Assembly: GCA_016839445.1 (NCBI GenBank)
Contig: JAEOUG010000056.1
Location: 1-11,898 of the forward strand
Length of the DNA stretch: 11,898 nt
From: Candidatus Thorarchaeota archaeon
GTDB taxonomy: Archaea; Asgardarchaeota; Thorarchaeia; Thorarchaeales; Thorarchaeaceae
Reading direction: 5' to 3'
Shown: one piece after another, positions 1 to 7,170 of the stretch
How positions within the stretch are numbered: position 1 is the stretch's first letter
Layout: every line of letters begins with the position of its first letter
The notes under the pieces: generated by a model
Database searches by the model: none
The model's input: the letters and a program-made list of their open reading frames with translations, nothing else
What the model was told of the DNA's origin: nothing
Translations under genes and position numbers: made by a program

Positions 1-1583
1 CTGTAAACGTATGTTCCAGTCACACCCTCTAGGTGAATGCCGATGTTGTTCGATGATGCGTGAACTGAGTTTAGTGTCGTCTGCGATGAACTCCTGACGT
101 GAACTCCCACGTCATTGCTCCTTAGGTCGGCATCTGATATCTCCACATCGGCACAGAAGAGTATTGACAGAGCAGCAGACTGCCCAGCATAGACTGCGCC
201 TCTCACTTGGACATCCTCGCAGACCGCCAGTGTGAGTTGACCGTATTGGCTGCCATCAATCACTTCTCCTGTCCTGTTGTACACGTAGCCCACCTCGGCT
301 CCATTCACTGTATTTCCAGTGATCACTTGATTGAAACCGATTGGCGACCAGAGGTCGAATCTGAAGCTGCACCCTACCAGAGTATTGGCGTCTATCACGC
401 AATCAACCGGTGGTCCGGCTGGAACATCCGTGGTCTGGGCTTCTTCGATGCTGATTCCTGTCGTGCAGTTCATTATTCTGTTCTGAGTTATTGTGCTCTC
501 TGCGGTCCCCTGAAGTCTTATTCCAGTCCCAGATCGAGTGATGTTGTTTCTCTCCACCCTGACATCGAACCCTCCATTGATGGCTATGCCCGATGAATCA
601 GCGAGTGATGTGCGAATCGTGTTCCGAATGACTCGGGCAGAGCATGATGACTGCACGTCGATTCCATCAAAGTAAGAGAAGACCTCATTGGATTCGATTC
701 TGGTGGAATTGCTGACATCTCTGACTCCGCGTGTACAAGCAATGAATGAGTTCCCGACTATCTCGTTTCCAGTGCCGTCTCTTACTTCCACTCCGATGGA
801 GAAGCCACGGGCGAAACTGCCAGTCAGATCGCAATTGTGACATTCTCTTAGTGTGTACCCGTACAGGCTGTAGGTGGATGATGGCGAAATCTCGACAGAG
901 TTGTTGTCAAGAGTGCAATCAGTGGAGCCGGTCAACCGCATCCCTTCTGACATGACTAGGCCAAACTGATTGCTTATGATTGAGAACCGAGCCGCGTCCT
1001 GGATATGTATTGGATAGGTCGTGTCAACCGGCCCCTGGATGTTTCCTGTGACCCGGCAGTCGCTGGAGGCCGTCGAGAGGAAGCAGATTCTATCAACGTT
1101 GAAAACGTTTGACGAGAATTCCGAGTCCCGACACTGGTGTGCGGCTATACCGAAGAGCCCCGATTGGAATAGATTGCTCTCGATTCTCCCGTTGGCTACA
1201 TTCTCCATCGTGATTGCGCCGAATCCATATTCCGTATTCTCTGCGTCGAAAACGCAACCTCGTATGATGAAGTGAGCAGATGTGTTCACGATTCGTATAC
1301 AGAGCCCCGTTGCTGATATGTTTAGGTTCTCAATCACGTATGGGTTCATCTGGGTCCCGGACCCATATTCGGAGTGAAGCATGAAATCGGAGTTTTCTGT
1401 GATATTGAATGGGTCCGTCACTGTGTTGGATGCAAGGCTCGAATGACACTGAGTCACTGCCGGTGTTTCAAGTCGAACCGAAGTGAGCATGAATGGGAAT
1501 GCGAACAGAAACACGACTAGGGCCATCACGGTCACCGTTCGGCATCTGACGTGGCACCTGTATGTTCGGGGCGACGGATTCAC
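1..1583 (-). CDS. Secreted right-handed parallel beta-helix (NosD/CASH/PbH1-repeat) surface protein, 3'-truncated by the window edge
   Basis: Absent from the ORF track because it has no stop in the window. Manual translation is open from GTG 1583 (alternatives GTG 1535/1529, ATG 1526) to base 1. It reads: hydrophobic signal (MALVVFLFAFPFML), the archaeal beta-helix cap motif GSGTQMNPYVIENLNISATGLCIRIVNTSAHFIIRGC, repeated G-I/V-x-I/V...N coils (e.g. GIAINGGFDVRVERNNI, GIRLQGTAESTITQNRI), and NTVNGAEVGYVY...YGQLTL. Confidence 0.88.
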   Translation of the reverse strand, partial: MNPSPRTYRCHVRCRTVTVMALVVFLFAFPFMLTSVRLETPAVTQCHSSLASNTVTDPFNITENSDFMLHSEYGSGTQMNPYVIENLNISATGLCIRIVNTSAHFIIRGCVFDAENTEYGFGAITMENVANGRIESNLFQSGLFGIAAHQCRDSEFSSNVFNVDRICFLSTASSDCRVTGNIQGPVDTTYPIHIQDAARFSIISNQFGLVMSEGMRLTGSTDCTLDNNSVEISPSSTYSLYGYTLRECHNCDLTGSFARGFSIGVEVRDGTGNEIVGNSFIACTRGVRDVSNSTRIESNEVFSYFDGIDVQSSCSARVIRNTIRTSLADSSGIAINGGFDVRVERNNITRSGTGIRLQGTAESTITQNRIMNCTTGISIEEAQTTDVPAGPPVDCVIDANTLVGCSFRFDLWSPIGFNQVITGNTVNGAEVGYVYNRTGEVIDGSQYGQLTLAVCEDVQVRGAVYAGQSAALSILFCADVEISDADLRSNDVGVHVRSSSQTTLNSVHASSNNIGIHLEGVTGTYVY

Positions 1584-1603
1584 GAAGGCCGTTGTCGCAA
1601 TCG

Positions 1604-1655
1604 GAATTAAAGAACTTGGGAACAGAGCAATCGGTCCTCCGCAGAGGTTATTACG
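1604..1655. promoter_or_regulatory. Putative divergent archaeal promoter pair (TATA-like boxes)
   Basis: Minus-strand TTTAAT (1611-1606) lies 23-28 nt before GTG 1583. Plus-strand TTATTA (1648-1653) lies upstream of the in-frame TTG 1675 and TTG 1693. Both sit in the gap between divergent genes. Confidence 0.4.
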
Positions 1656-1692
1656 AAAAACGGTCCTCGGAGGCTTGAAGGACAGTGGTTGC

Positions 1693-2967
1693 TTGGCTGG
1701 GCACAATATTCAGGCCATACTCATTATGGAACGAGGCGGTATTCCTCTCTTCTTCATGAAGCTGGATCCAAAGGCGCAGGACCTCGATCCCATGCTCGTC
1801 TCCGGGTTCTTCACGGCCATTCAGAGCTTTTCGAAGGAAGTCATTGAGCGCGATAGTTCCATGTTTCAGGTTGATTATGGAGCCCGGCTCTTCACGGTAA
1901 TGGCGGGAGCAAAGACCGATCTTGTTGCAGTAAGCATGGGGGAGTGGCCCGACGAAGTAAGTACGATACTCCGAAGTCTTCACGATGAATTTGAGAAGAA
2001 GTGGCTCAAGGGGATGAGACGGAAACAGAAGGACACACTCAAGATTGATTTTGCGTTTCCCGAGTTTCGTGAAGGTATCGTCAAGAATCTGTCATTTAGA
2101 GACATATCGGGCAGTTGGGTTCCTTTCCTTCTTGAGTCAGAGACTCCTCAGACAGGTGTTCTTGGACCATACATCGATGGACGTAAATCCGTCGATGACA
2201 TTGTGAAGAGCAGTGGTATCCGAAGGGACGATGTTGTTTCTGAGATCATTAGACTGTGGGCTCTGGGAGTCATCCGATTCTGCAGCATTCTAGGCAAGGA
2301 AGACATTGTGACCTCAACATCGAAGATTGACCGTCTGCTTCAGACGTCCTCTTCAACGAGGGCAGATGTCGCAAAGAAGCATCCCGAGGTTCTGATTCTC
2401 TTGCCTCGAATCTCTGCTCTGATAGACGGAAGACGCACTATCGGGGCGATTGTGCAGTCCTTGTCAGACACCTATAGCGAAGGCGGTGTCCTACAGGCTA
2501 TGGATACGCTCCTTGAAGTGGGAGCCGTAGTTGCTCTGTCCCCTGAGAAGCGGCGCATTCTCCTTATCAAAGAAGCATTCGAGCTTGCAGTTCGAGTGTG
2601 TGAGATGATATACTCCCCACAGGAAGCGCTGCTCTACCTCGATGCCGCGCTAGACCGTTCAGTGGTGCCTGAGGTTTCTGGCGTGGTGAAAGTCACTTCA
2701 GGAGAATGGAGTTTGGAGTATGATTCTAGGCTCTATGAAGGGTTGGATCCCCGGCGTCTCATGGAGCTCTACGCGGAATGGATGAAGCTCCTGGCCCAGT
2801 TTGTGGCATCACTCGAAAAGAGCAGAATCCTCAAGTATGCAGAAGCACTCACCGATGCCTATTCCGCCTATCTCCTTGGTAGGTACTCAACTGATGATCT
2901 CGTGGGATTCGAGGAGTTTTCATTCTGGCTAGAGATGAACTGCGTGAAGCAGGATGTGAGGAGGTAG
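1693..2967 (+). CDS. Longin-domain + tandem winged-helix protein, NPRL2/NPR2-like (about 424 aa)
   Basis: Longin signature IQAILIMERGGIPLF...DPMLVSGFFTAIQSFSKE (DPML...QSF at 1786-1830)...LRSLHDEFEKKW. This is followed by VP...PYIDGRKSVDDI...LWALGVIRFCSIL (from 2167), a second LIDGRRTIGAI...LLEVGAV (from 2419), and a helical C-terminal domain. The start was moved from the track's 1483, which overlaps the divergent gene, to TTG 1693 (alternative TTG 1675). Confidence 0.8.
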   Translation: MAGHNIQAILIMERGGIPLFFMKLDPKAQDLDPMLVSGFFTAIQSFSKEVIERDSSMFQVDYGARLFTVMAGAKTDLVAVSMGEWPDEVSTILRSLHDEFEKKWLKGMRRKQKDTLKIDFAFPEFREGIVKNLSFRDISGSWVPFLLESETPQTGVLGPYIDGRKSVDDIVKSSGIRRDDVVSEIIRLWALGVIRFCSILGKEDIVTSTSKIDRLLQTSSSTRADVAKKHPEVLILLPRISALIDGRRTIGAIVQSLSDTYSEGGVLQAMDTLLEVGAVVALSPEKRRILLIKEAFELAVRVCEMIYSPQEALLYLDAALDRSVVPEVSGVVKVTSGEWSLEYDSRLYEGLDPRRLMELYAEWMKLLAQFVASLEKSRILKYAEALTDAYSAYLLGRYSTDDLVGFEEFSFWLEMNCVKQDVRR

Positions 2968-2972
2968 TTATC

Positions 2973-3323
2973 TTGACTGAAGACAACCCGTTGCTGAGAG
3001 TTGCCGATATGCTTAGTCGGAGGGGTCAGACCATTTATGGTAGGGATGTCATAGTTGATCTGTGTGCGGAGACCGGCGTCTCGCTCACTGGAGGCTATGA
3101 CTCGGAACTAGCCGGCGCGGACCCTAGAGAAGCTCTCCAGCGCTTCATTGTGGGATACTCCCGACTCAGCCCGGCAGCCAAGATGACTGTCATGATACTC
3201 TGCGAGCTGAATGAACTCGACATGCCAAAGGAGCTGCTTGGTAAGAAGAAGACAGGAATCGCAGAGATACTTGAATCGCTTGCCGAGTTCACTCATGATC
3301 TGACTGATAGACTCCGTGGTTAG
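2973..3323 (+). CDS. Small mostly helical hypothetical protein (116 aa), probably co-transcribed with the longin protein
   Basis: TTG start 5 nt after the upstream stop, with SD-like GGAGGT at 2960-2965. It shares a YDSxL(x)xGxDPR motif with the C-terminus of the upstream protein. Confidence 0.8.
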   Translation: MTEDNPLLRVADMLSRRGQTIYGRDVIVDLCAETGVSLTGGYDSELAGADPREALQRFIVGYSRLSPAAKMTVMILCELNELDMPKELLGKKKTGIAEILESLAEFTHDLTDRLRG

Positions 3324-3379
3324 TGTTTCGAAAGATTGAACTAGGCACCAGATACAGCCATCCACGGTCGGTTTAGGAG

Positions 3380-3889
3380 ATGAGCCCGTCATATCTTTAC
3401 AAGGTCACCACAGTTGGCTCCTCAGCTGTGGGGAAGACCTCAATCATTCTCAGGTATACGACCGGTAAGTTCCGAGAGTACTACACACCCACCCTTGGGG
3501 CAGACTTCTCAGTGAAGAACATGCAGCTTGGAGACGACAAAGTTCGCCTGCAGATCTGGGACTTGGGTTCTCAAGATTTCCTCGGAGCAGTTCGAGCGGG
3601 CTACTATCAGGGAACGCGCGGTGTAGTCTACATGTTTGATGTGACGCGGCCCGAGACCCTTGAGGACCTCTGGGACTGGAAGCAAGAAGTCGACTTGCAC
3701 ACCAAAGGTGTTGAGAGTCTGGTTGTAGCCAACAAGACCGACCTTGATAGCGAACGCCAGATCACAGAGAAAGACGGGAGGGCCTTGGCTGGTAAGTTCA
3801 GGGCTGGTTACATCGAGACCTCTGTGAAGCTCAATGAGGGCGTGGATGACGCCTTCATGACCATAGCCAAGGCCATCAGGCAACCGTAG
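3380..3889 (+). CDS. Rab-like small GTPase (Ras superfamily), 169 aa
   Basis: G1 GSSAVGKTS, G2 YTPTLGADF, G3 WDLGSQ, G4 NKTD, G5 ETSVK. Rab-family-like motifs LGADF, RLQIW, YYQGT and MFDVT are present. No C-terminal cysteine prenylation motif. Confidence 0.95.
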   Translation: MSPSYLYKVTTVGSSAVGKTSIILRYTTGKFREYYTPTLGADFSVKNMQLGDDKVRLQIWDLGSQDFLGAVRAGYYQGTRGVVYMFDVTRPETLEDLWDWKQEVDLHTKGVESLVVANKTDLDSERQITEKDGRALAGKFRAGYIETSVKLNEGVDDAFMTIAKAIRQP

Positions 3890-3923
3890 GGTGATGGTGC
3901 CCACGGACTTCGTCTGGGTCAAT

Positions 3924-4916
3924 CTATCTTCTTCTTAGATAGACAGCAATGACGACGACTGCAACGACGCCAAGCCCTCCGCCAATTACAAGTGCCTCAG
4001 GTGGGATCAGGTATCCGCTTGGAGGTGGCGTGGTCGGCCACTCAGTGAGGTTGCAGACAGTGGGAGATGATTCGACTAACCAAGTGGCTATCTTCAGCAT
4101 GAAGGGCCACTCTGAATCTGGGTCTTCATAGGAATCGAAGTAGTCTGTCCCATCTCGATCGCTGTCTTCCTCGAACTCGAAATGGGGGCTGGATATGAAT
4201 AGATTCCCATCTCCATACTCAGCTGCTACCATTGCAGGAAGGTTACTATGAGAGTAGTTCGCGATGCAGATCACTTCTTGCCCTTCGTTGGGGAGTATGT
4301 ACCTTCCCGTCCTGAAGAGGACTGACATGTTCTCTGGCATGTCTGAGAGGTCGGGCCCTGTGCACTCTGTGTTGATCGTTAGGTTGGTCATTGTTATGTC
4401 ACTGAGATCTTCTACCTCGTACGATGTCCCATTGATGAGTGCCAGGTTGAACTCAGTCCAAATGCCCTCGAAGTATGAGTACTGCACGGCCATCGCCGCG
4501 CTTCCTCTCACACCGATGTAGGAACCACCAGCTGCAACCCAGTCTCGTATCGCTTGGAGGCCCTCGTCAGTCAGCTTATACTCGAGGGTTGGCCCGAGCG
4601 CCTCGGGAATCGAGAGAATCTCGCAGGCCCACAGTGACCCATTCACTATGTCTGTTGTGTTGAATATCCTCACGGTGGCATTCATCCACTTGTACATGTT
4701 GATGAGTGCGGTGAGGCTATGATTGACCCTGATGTCGTAGTACCCGATATAGTAGATGCCGACACTTATCCCAGAGAGGTCTGTCGGTGCTTGTGCCGGA
4801 AGATGCACAGCATTCTCATTTGCACCAAGAGAGGTTTCCGATACCACTACGGGAGTTGAGCCCAACGCCAGCATGACGACGAGGAGTGCCAGCATGATTG
4901 CTTTGCCATTCTGCAT
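3924..4916 (-). CDS. Membrane-anchored BPL_N-like (class I glutamine amidotransferase-like fold) protein
   Basis: N-terminal signal peptide, BPL_N-type motif LTDEGLQAIRDWVAAGGSYIG, and PAMVAAEYGDGNLFISSPHFE. A Pro/Thr linker (PTTPPPS) precedes a C-terminal TM helix ending in RRR. Nine N-x-S/T sequons. Confidence 0.8.
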   Translation of the reverse strand: MQNGKAIMLALLVVMLALGSTPVVVSETSLGANENAVHLPAQAPTDLSGISVGIYYIGYYDIRVNHSLTALINMYKWMNATVRIFNTTDIVNGSLWACEILSIPEALGPTLEYKLTDEGLQAIRDWVAAGGSYIGVRGSAAMAVQYSYFEGIWTEFNLALINGTSYEVEDLSDITMTNLTINTECTGPDLSDMPENMSVLFRTGRYILPNEGQEVICIANYSHSNLPAMVAAEYGDGNLFISSPHFEFEEDSDRDGTDYFDSYEDPDSEWPFMLKIATWLVESSPTVCNLTEWPTTPPPSGYLIPPEALVIGGGLGVVAVVVIAVYLRRR

Positions 4917-4958
4917 TCAAACCCATCCCAGAAGATCTTGATGAGTATTGCGTGATAC

Positions 4959-4964
4959 TATATA
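4959..4964 (-). promoter_or_regulatory. Putative TATA box of the BPL_N-like gene
   Basis: TATATA in the 78-nt intergenic gap, about 43-48 nt upstream of ATG 4916. Confidence 0.45.
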
Positions 4965-4994
4965 CAATAGGGGTGCCGTTCGGCGCAAGTTCTG

Positions 4995-7094
4995 TCAGTC
5001 GCCTCGGAGCATCCTCTCTCTGAGGGCCAGTATCCCCACAGCTGCAATCACTGATGCAGAAGAAACTGAAACCCCCAAAGCGACAGCATGCAGTGGATCG
5101 GATTGCAGCCACTCAATCAAGCCGCCTGCAGGACGTACTTCGAAGGCGAGGCTACCGTGGTAGAGGTTGCCGAAACTGTCGCACACATTGACGCACATCT
5201 CGTACTCCCCCGCGGAGAGCCCGCCAATCCCCACCGATATTGCGGAGCCGTTCCAGACTCCTGTAGAGAGCAATCCTCCATTCAGAGCACATTCGTACTG
5301 CCCAAGGAGGGGTATGCTTGACTGCCAGTCCACGAAGAATTCCGTACTCCCCGCCCTGTATACCTCGTTTCCGGGCCTCAGACACCCTGTGAACTCAGGG
5401 TCAGGCCTCCAATGGTACAGGTTGTTCCTCTCCAGTATCACATGCTCGTCTTCAGTATAGCCAACAAGATGGAATGGTCCACTGGTCACTAGAGGCCAGG
5501 TCGAGTTGAGGATGGGATCCCAAACTTGCCACTGAGAGGGCTCGATTCCAGGGTCGCCTCTGAAGACATGTTCAGGGATAATGGGAAAATAGGCGAAGCC
5601 GTCAAAGGTTCTGTAGGAGTCTGAACTGAACTCCAACCTTAGCGTTGCTGGATTGAGTGCGACAGCGGACTGAAGTTCGGGCAGGCCGTGACTAGACGGG
5701 TTCCCATATGATGCGCTCTCAACAATGTAGTTGAAGGTGTACGCAACGTCTTCCGCCGTGAGAGGTTCGCCATCACTCCATGTAACGTTTTTCAAGACAT
5801 CGACAGTGTAACGTATGTACCCCTGAGGCACATTGGCGTTGTCTTCATGTCGCTCAATCTTGAGAGATTCTGCTAGGTCTGGGACAGGAGTTCCATCAGG
5901 CCCCCTTCTGAAGAGTGAGGAGTAGATATTGGCAAAGACGTGTTTGGAGAGTGTGGTGTTTGCGGTGAAGATGTTGAAACTATCTGGACTCTCACTCCAG
6001 CCGACACTGAACGTTCCTCCGTGTGTGTCGTTCTTTGGATGGATGTTCCTGAGAGTCCATACTCCTACCGCGCCCTGTCCGATCTCTTCAACGTACCCAG
6101 CGTAGTTCTCGGTCCTGACTACCTGCAGTCTGGTTCTGTGACAGACGGGCACAACCGGAGCTGCATCATGCACTATAATCTGCATCTGTTCTAAGGCGTG
6201 TCTTCCCTCTGCTTCTGACTCGGCATTGTAGTACAGGTTCCGCCAGTAGTCGTAGGTTGCGTTCTGGAAGCATGGCGACCTGTCGTATGGGTCGTCGACG
6301 TAACCCGACCAGAAGAGGTCCACTAGGGAGTCGATATCTGAAAACAATTCATCCGTTGTAGCGCAGTACACATCGAAATCGACGTGCCCACAGCACTCGC
6401 ACAGCGGTGCCACTGAGTGCGCAAGACCCTCCCATGCAGCAACATGCAGAGAGTGGAGGGCGTCAACGGCCATTACCGCAATGTCTCTGTTCGGCCAGTT
6501 GTACCATGATACAGATACGTTGAGTTCAGATCCGTCCGGACATCTTCTCCAGCCCGTTTCGGGATTCACAGAGAATCCTGCTGCATCAAGGATGGCGTTT
6601 CCCAAGATTGGCTCAGGCGAGTAGAAACTAGGATTGAGGATGTCTTCACTACTCCATGTGTGGGTCGCAGGGACAAATGAGTCGTGAGGTCGCCCAATCC
6701 CACCTGGCATCTCCTGAGCAGCACTGTGTTTGTCGAGGGCGTAGCTGAAAGCCATCCTGAATGAACTCAGGTTGTAGGGGTAATGACGCCCGTTGAAGGA
6801 ACAGACCTGGTATTCATTGAAAGAGATGGGGTACGTGTCATAGCCGCTGGTGTCGTCCGGGGGGAAATAACAGTCTACGGTATTCGCATAGGCTTGAATT
6901 TCGCCAGCTTCCAGAGCAAGGACTGCACCGAAATCATACGGGTAGATGGCATAGACGACCTGTTCTACATGAGGACCATGGCGGATGTCGGTTTCGACTG
7001 CCTGAAGCGCCAGAGAGGCCCCATTCATGGGCGCGGGAACGAGAATGATGGCTCCCAAGAAGATGGCCATAAACACGTTCCCGCTCCGCAACAT
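4995..7094 (-). CDS. ABC-type peptide/nickel family-5 solute-binding protein (circularly permuted) with Ig-like domain and C-terminal TM anchor
   Basis: Signal peptide and SD GGAGG just upstream of ATG 7094. Motifs LALEAGEI, FRMAFSYALDK, PDSFN, IYSSLF, VPDLAE, WSDGEPLTAEDVAYTF, VTSGPF, ERNNLYHW. A beta-rich domain (GVWNGSAISVGIGGLSAGEYEMCVNVCDSFGN) and a TM helix with a short basic tail follow. Confidence 0.9.
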   Translation of the reverse strand: MLRSGNVFMAIFLGAIILVPAPMNGASLALQAVETDIRHGPHVEQVVYAIYPYDFGAVLALEAGEIQAYANTVDCYFPPDDTSGYDTYPISFNEYQVCSFNGRHYPYNLSSFRMAFSYALDKHSAAQEMPGGIGRPHDSFVPATHTWSSEDILNPSFYSPEPILGNAILDAAGFSVNPETGWRRCPDGSELNVSVSWYNWPNRDIAVMAVDALHSLHVAAWEGLAHSVAPLCECCGHVDFDVYCATTDELFSDIDSLVDLFWSGYVDDPYDRSPCFQNATYDYWRNLYYNAESEAEGRHALEQMQIIVHDAAPVVPVCHRTRLQVVRTENYAGYVEEIGQGAVGVWTLRNIHPKNDTHGGTFSVGWSESPDSFNIFTANTTLSKHVFANIYSSLFRRGPDGTPVPDLAESLKIERHEDNANVPQGYIRYTVDVLKNVTWSDGEPLTAEDVAYTFNYIVESASYGNPSSHGLPELQSAVALNPATLRLEFSSDSYRTFDGFAYFPIIPEHVFRGDPGIEPSQWQVWDPILNSTWPLVTSGPFHLVGYTEDEHVILERNNLYHWRPDPEFTGCLRPGNEVYRAGSTEFFVDWQSSIPLLGQYECALNGGLLSTGVWNGSAISVGIGGLSAGEYEMCVNVCDSFGNLYHGSLAFEVRPAGGLIEWLQSDPLHAVALGVSVSSASVIAAVGILALRERMLRGD

Positions 7095-7170
7095 TACGCC
7101 TCCTGAATCATGGACACTCTTGCAGTCCCTGCTATTATCGTTCTTGTGCTTTGGTTTACACCTCTATCTG

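Noticed and set aside
207-1275. Plus-strand ORFs 207-596, 746-955 and 1021-1275
   Set aside because: Antisense shadows of the beta-helix gene with no recognisable motifs.
1-1583. Annotation as nitrous-oxide reductase maturation protein NosD
   Set aside because: Only a generic beta-helix repeat is seen, with no nos genes in the window.
1483-1692. N-terminal 70-aa extension of the longin ORF given in the track
   Set aside because: It overlaps the start and promoter of the divergent beta-helix gene, and the longin fold begins right after TTG 1693.
3924-4916. Annotation as biotin-protein ligase (birA)
   Set aside because: Only the BPL_N-like domain is present. There is no ligase catalytic domain and the protein is exported.
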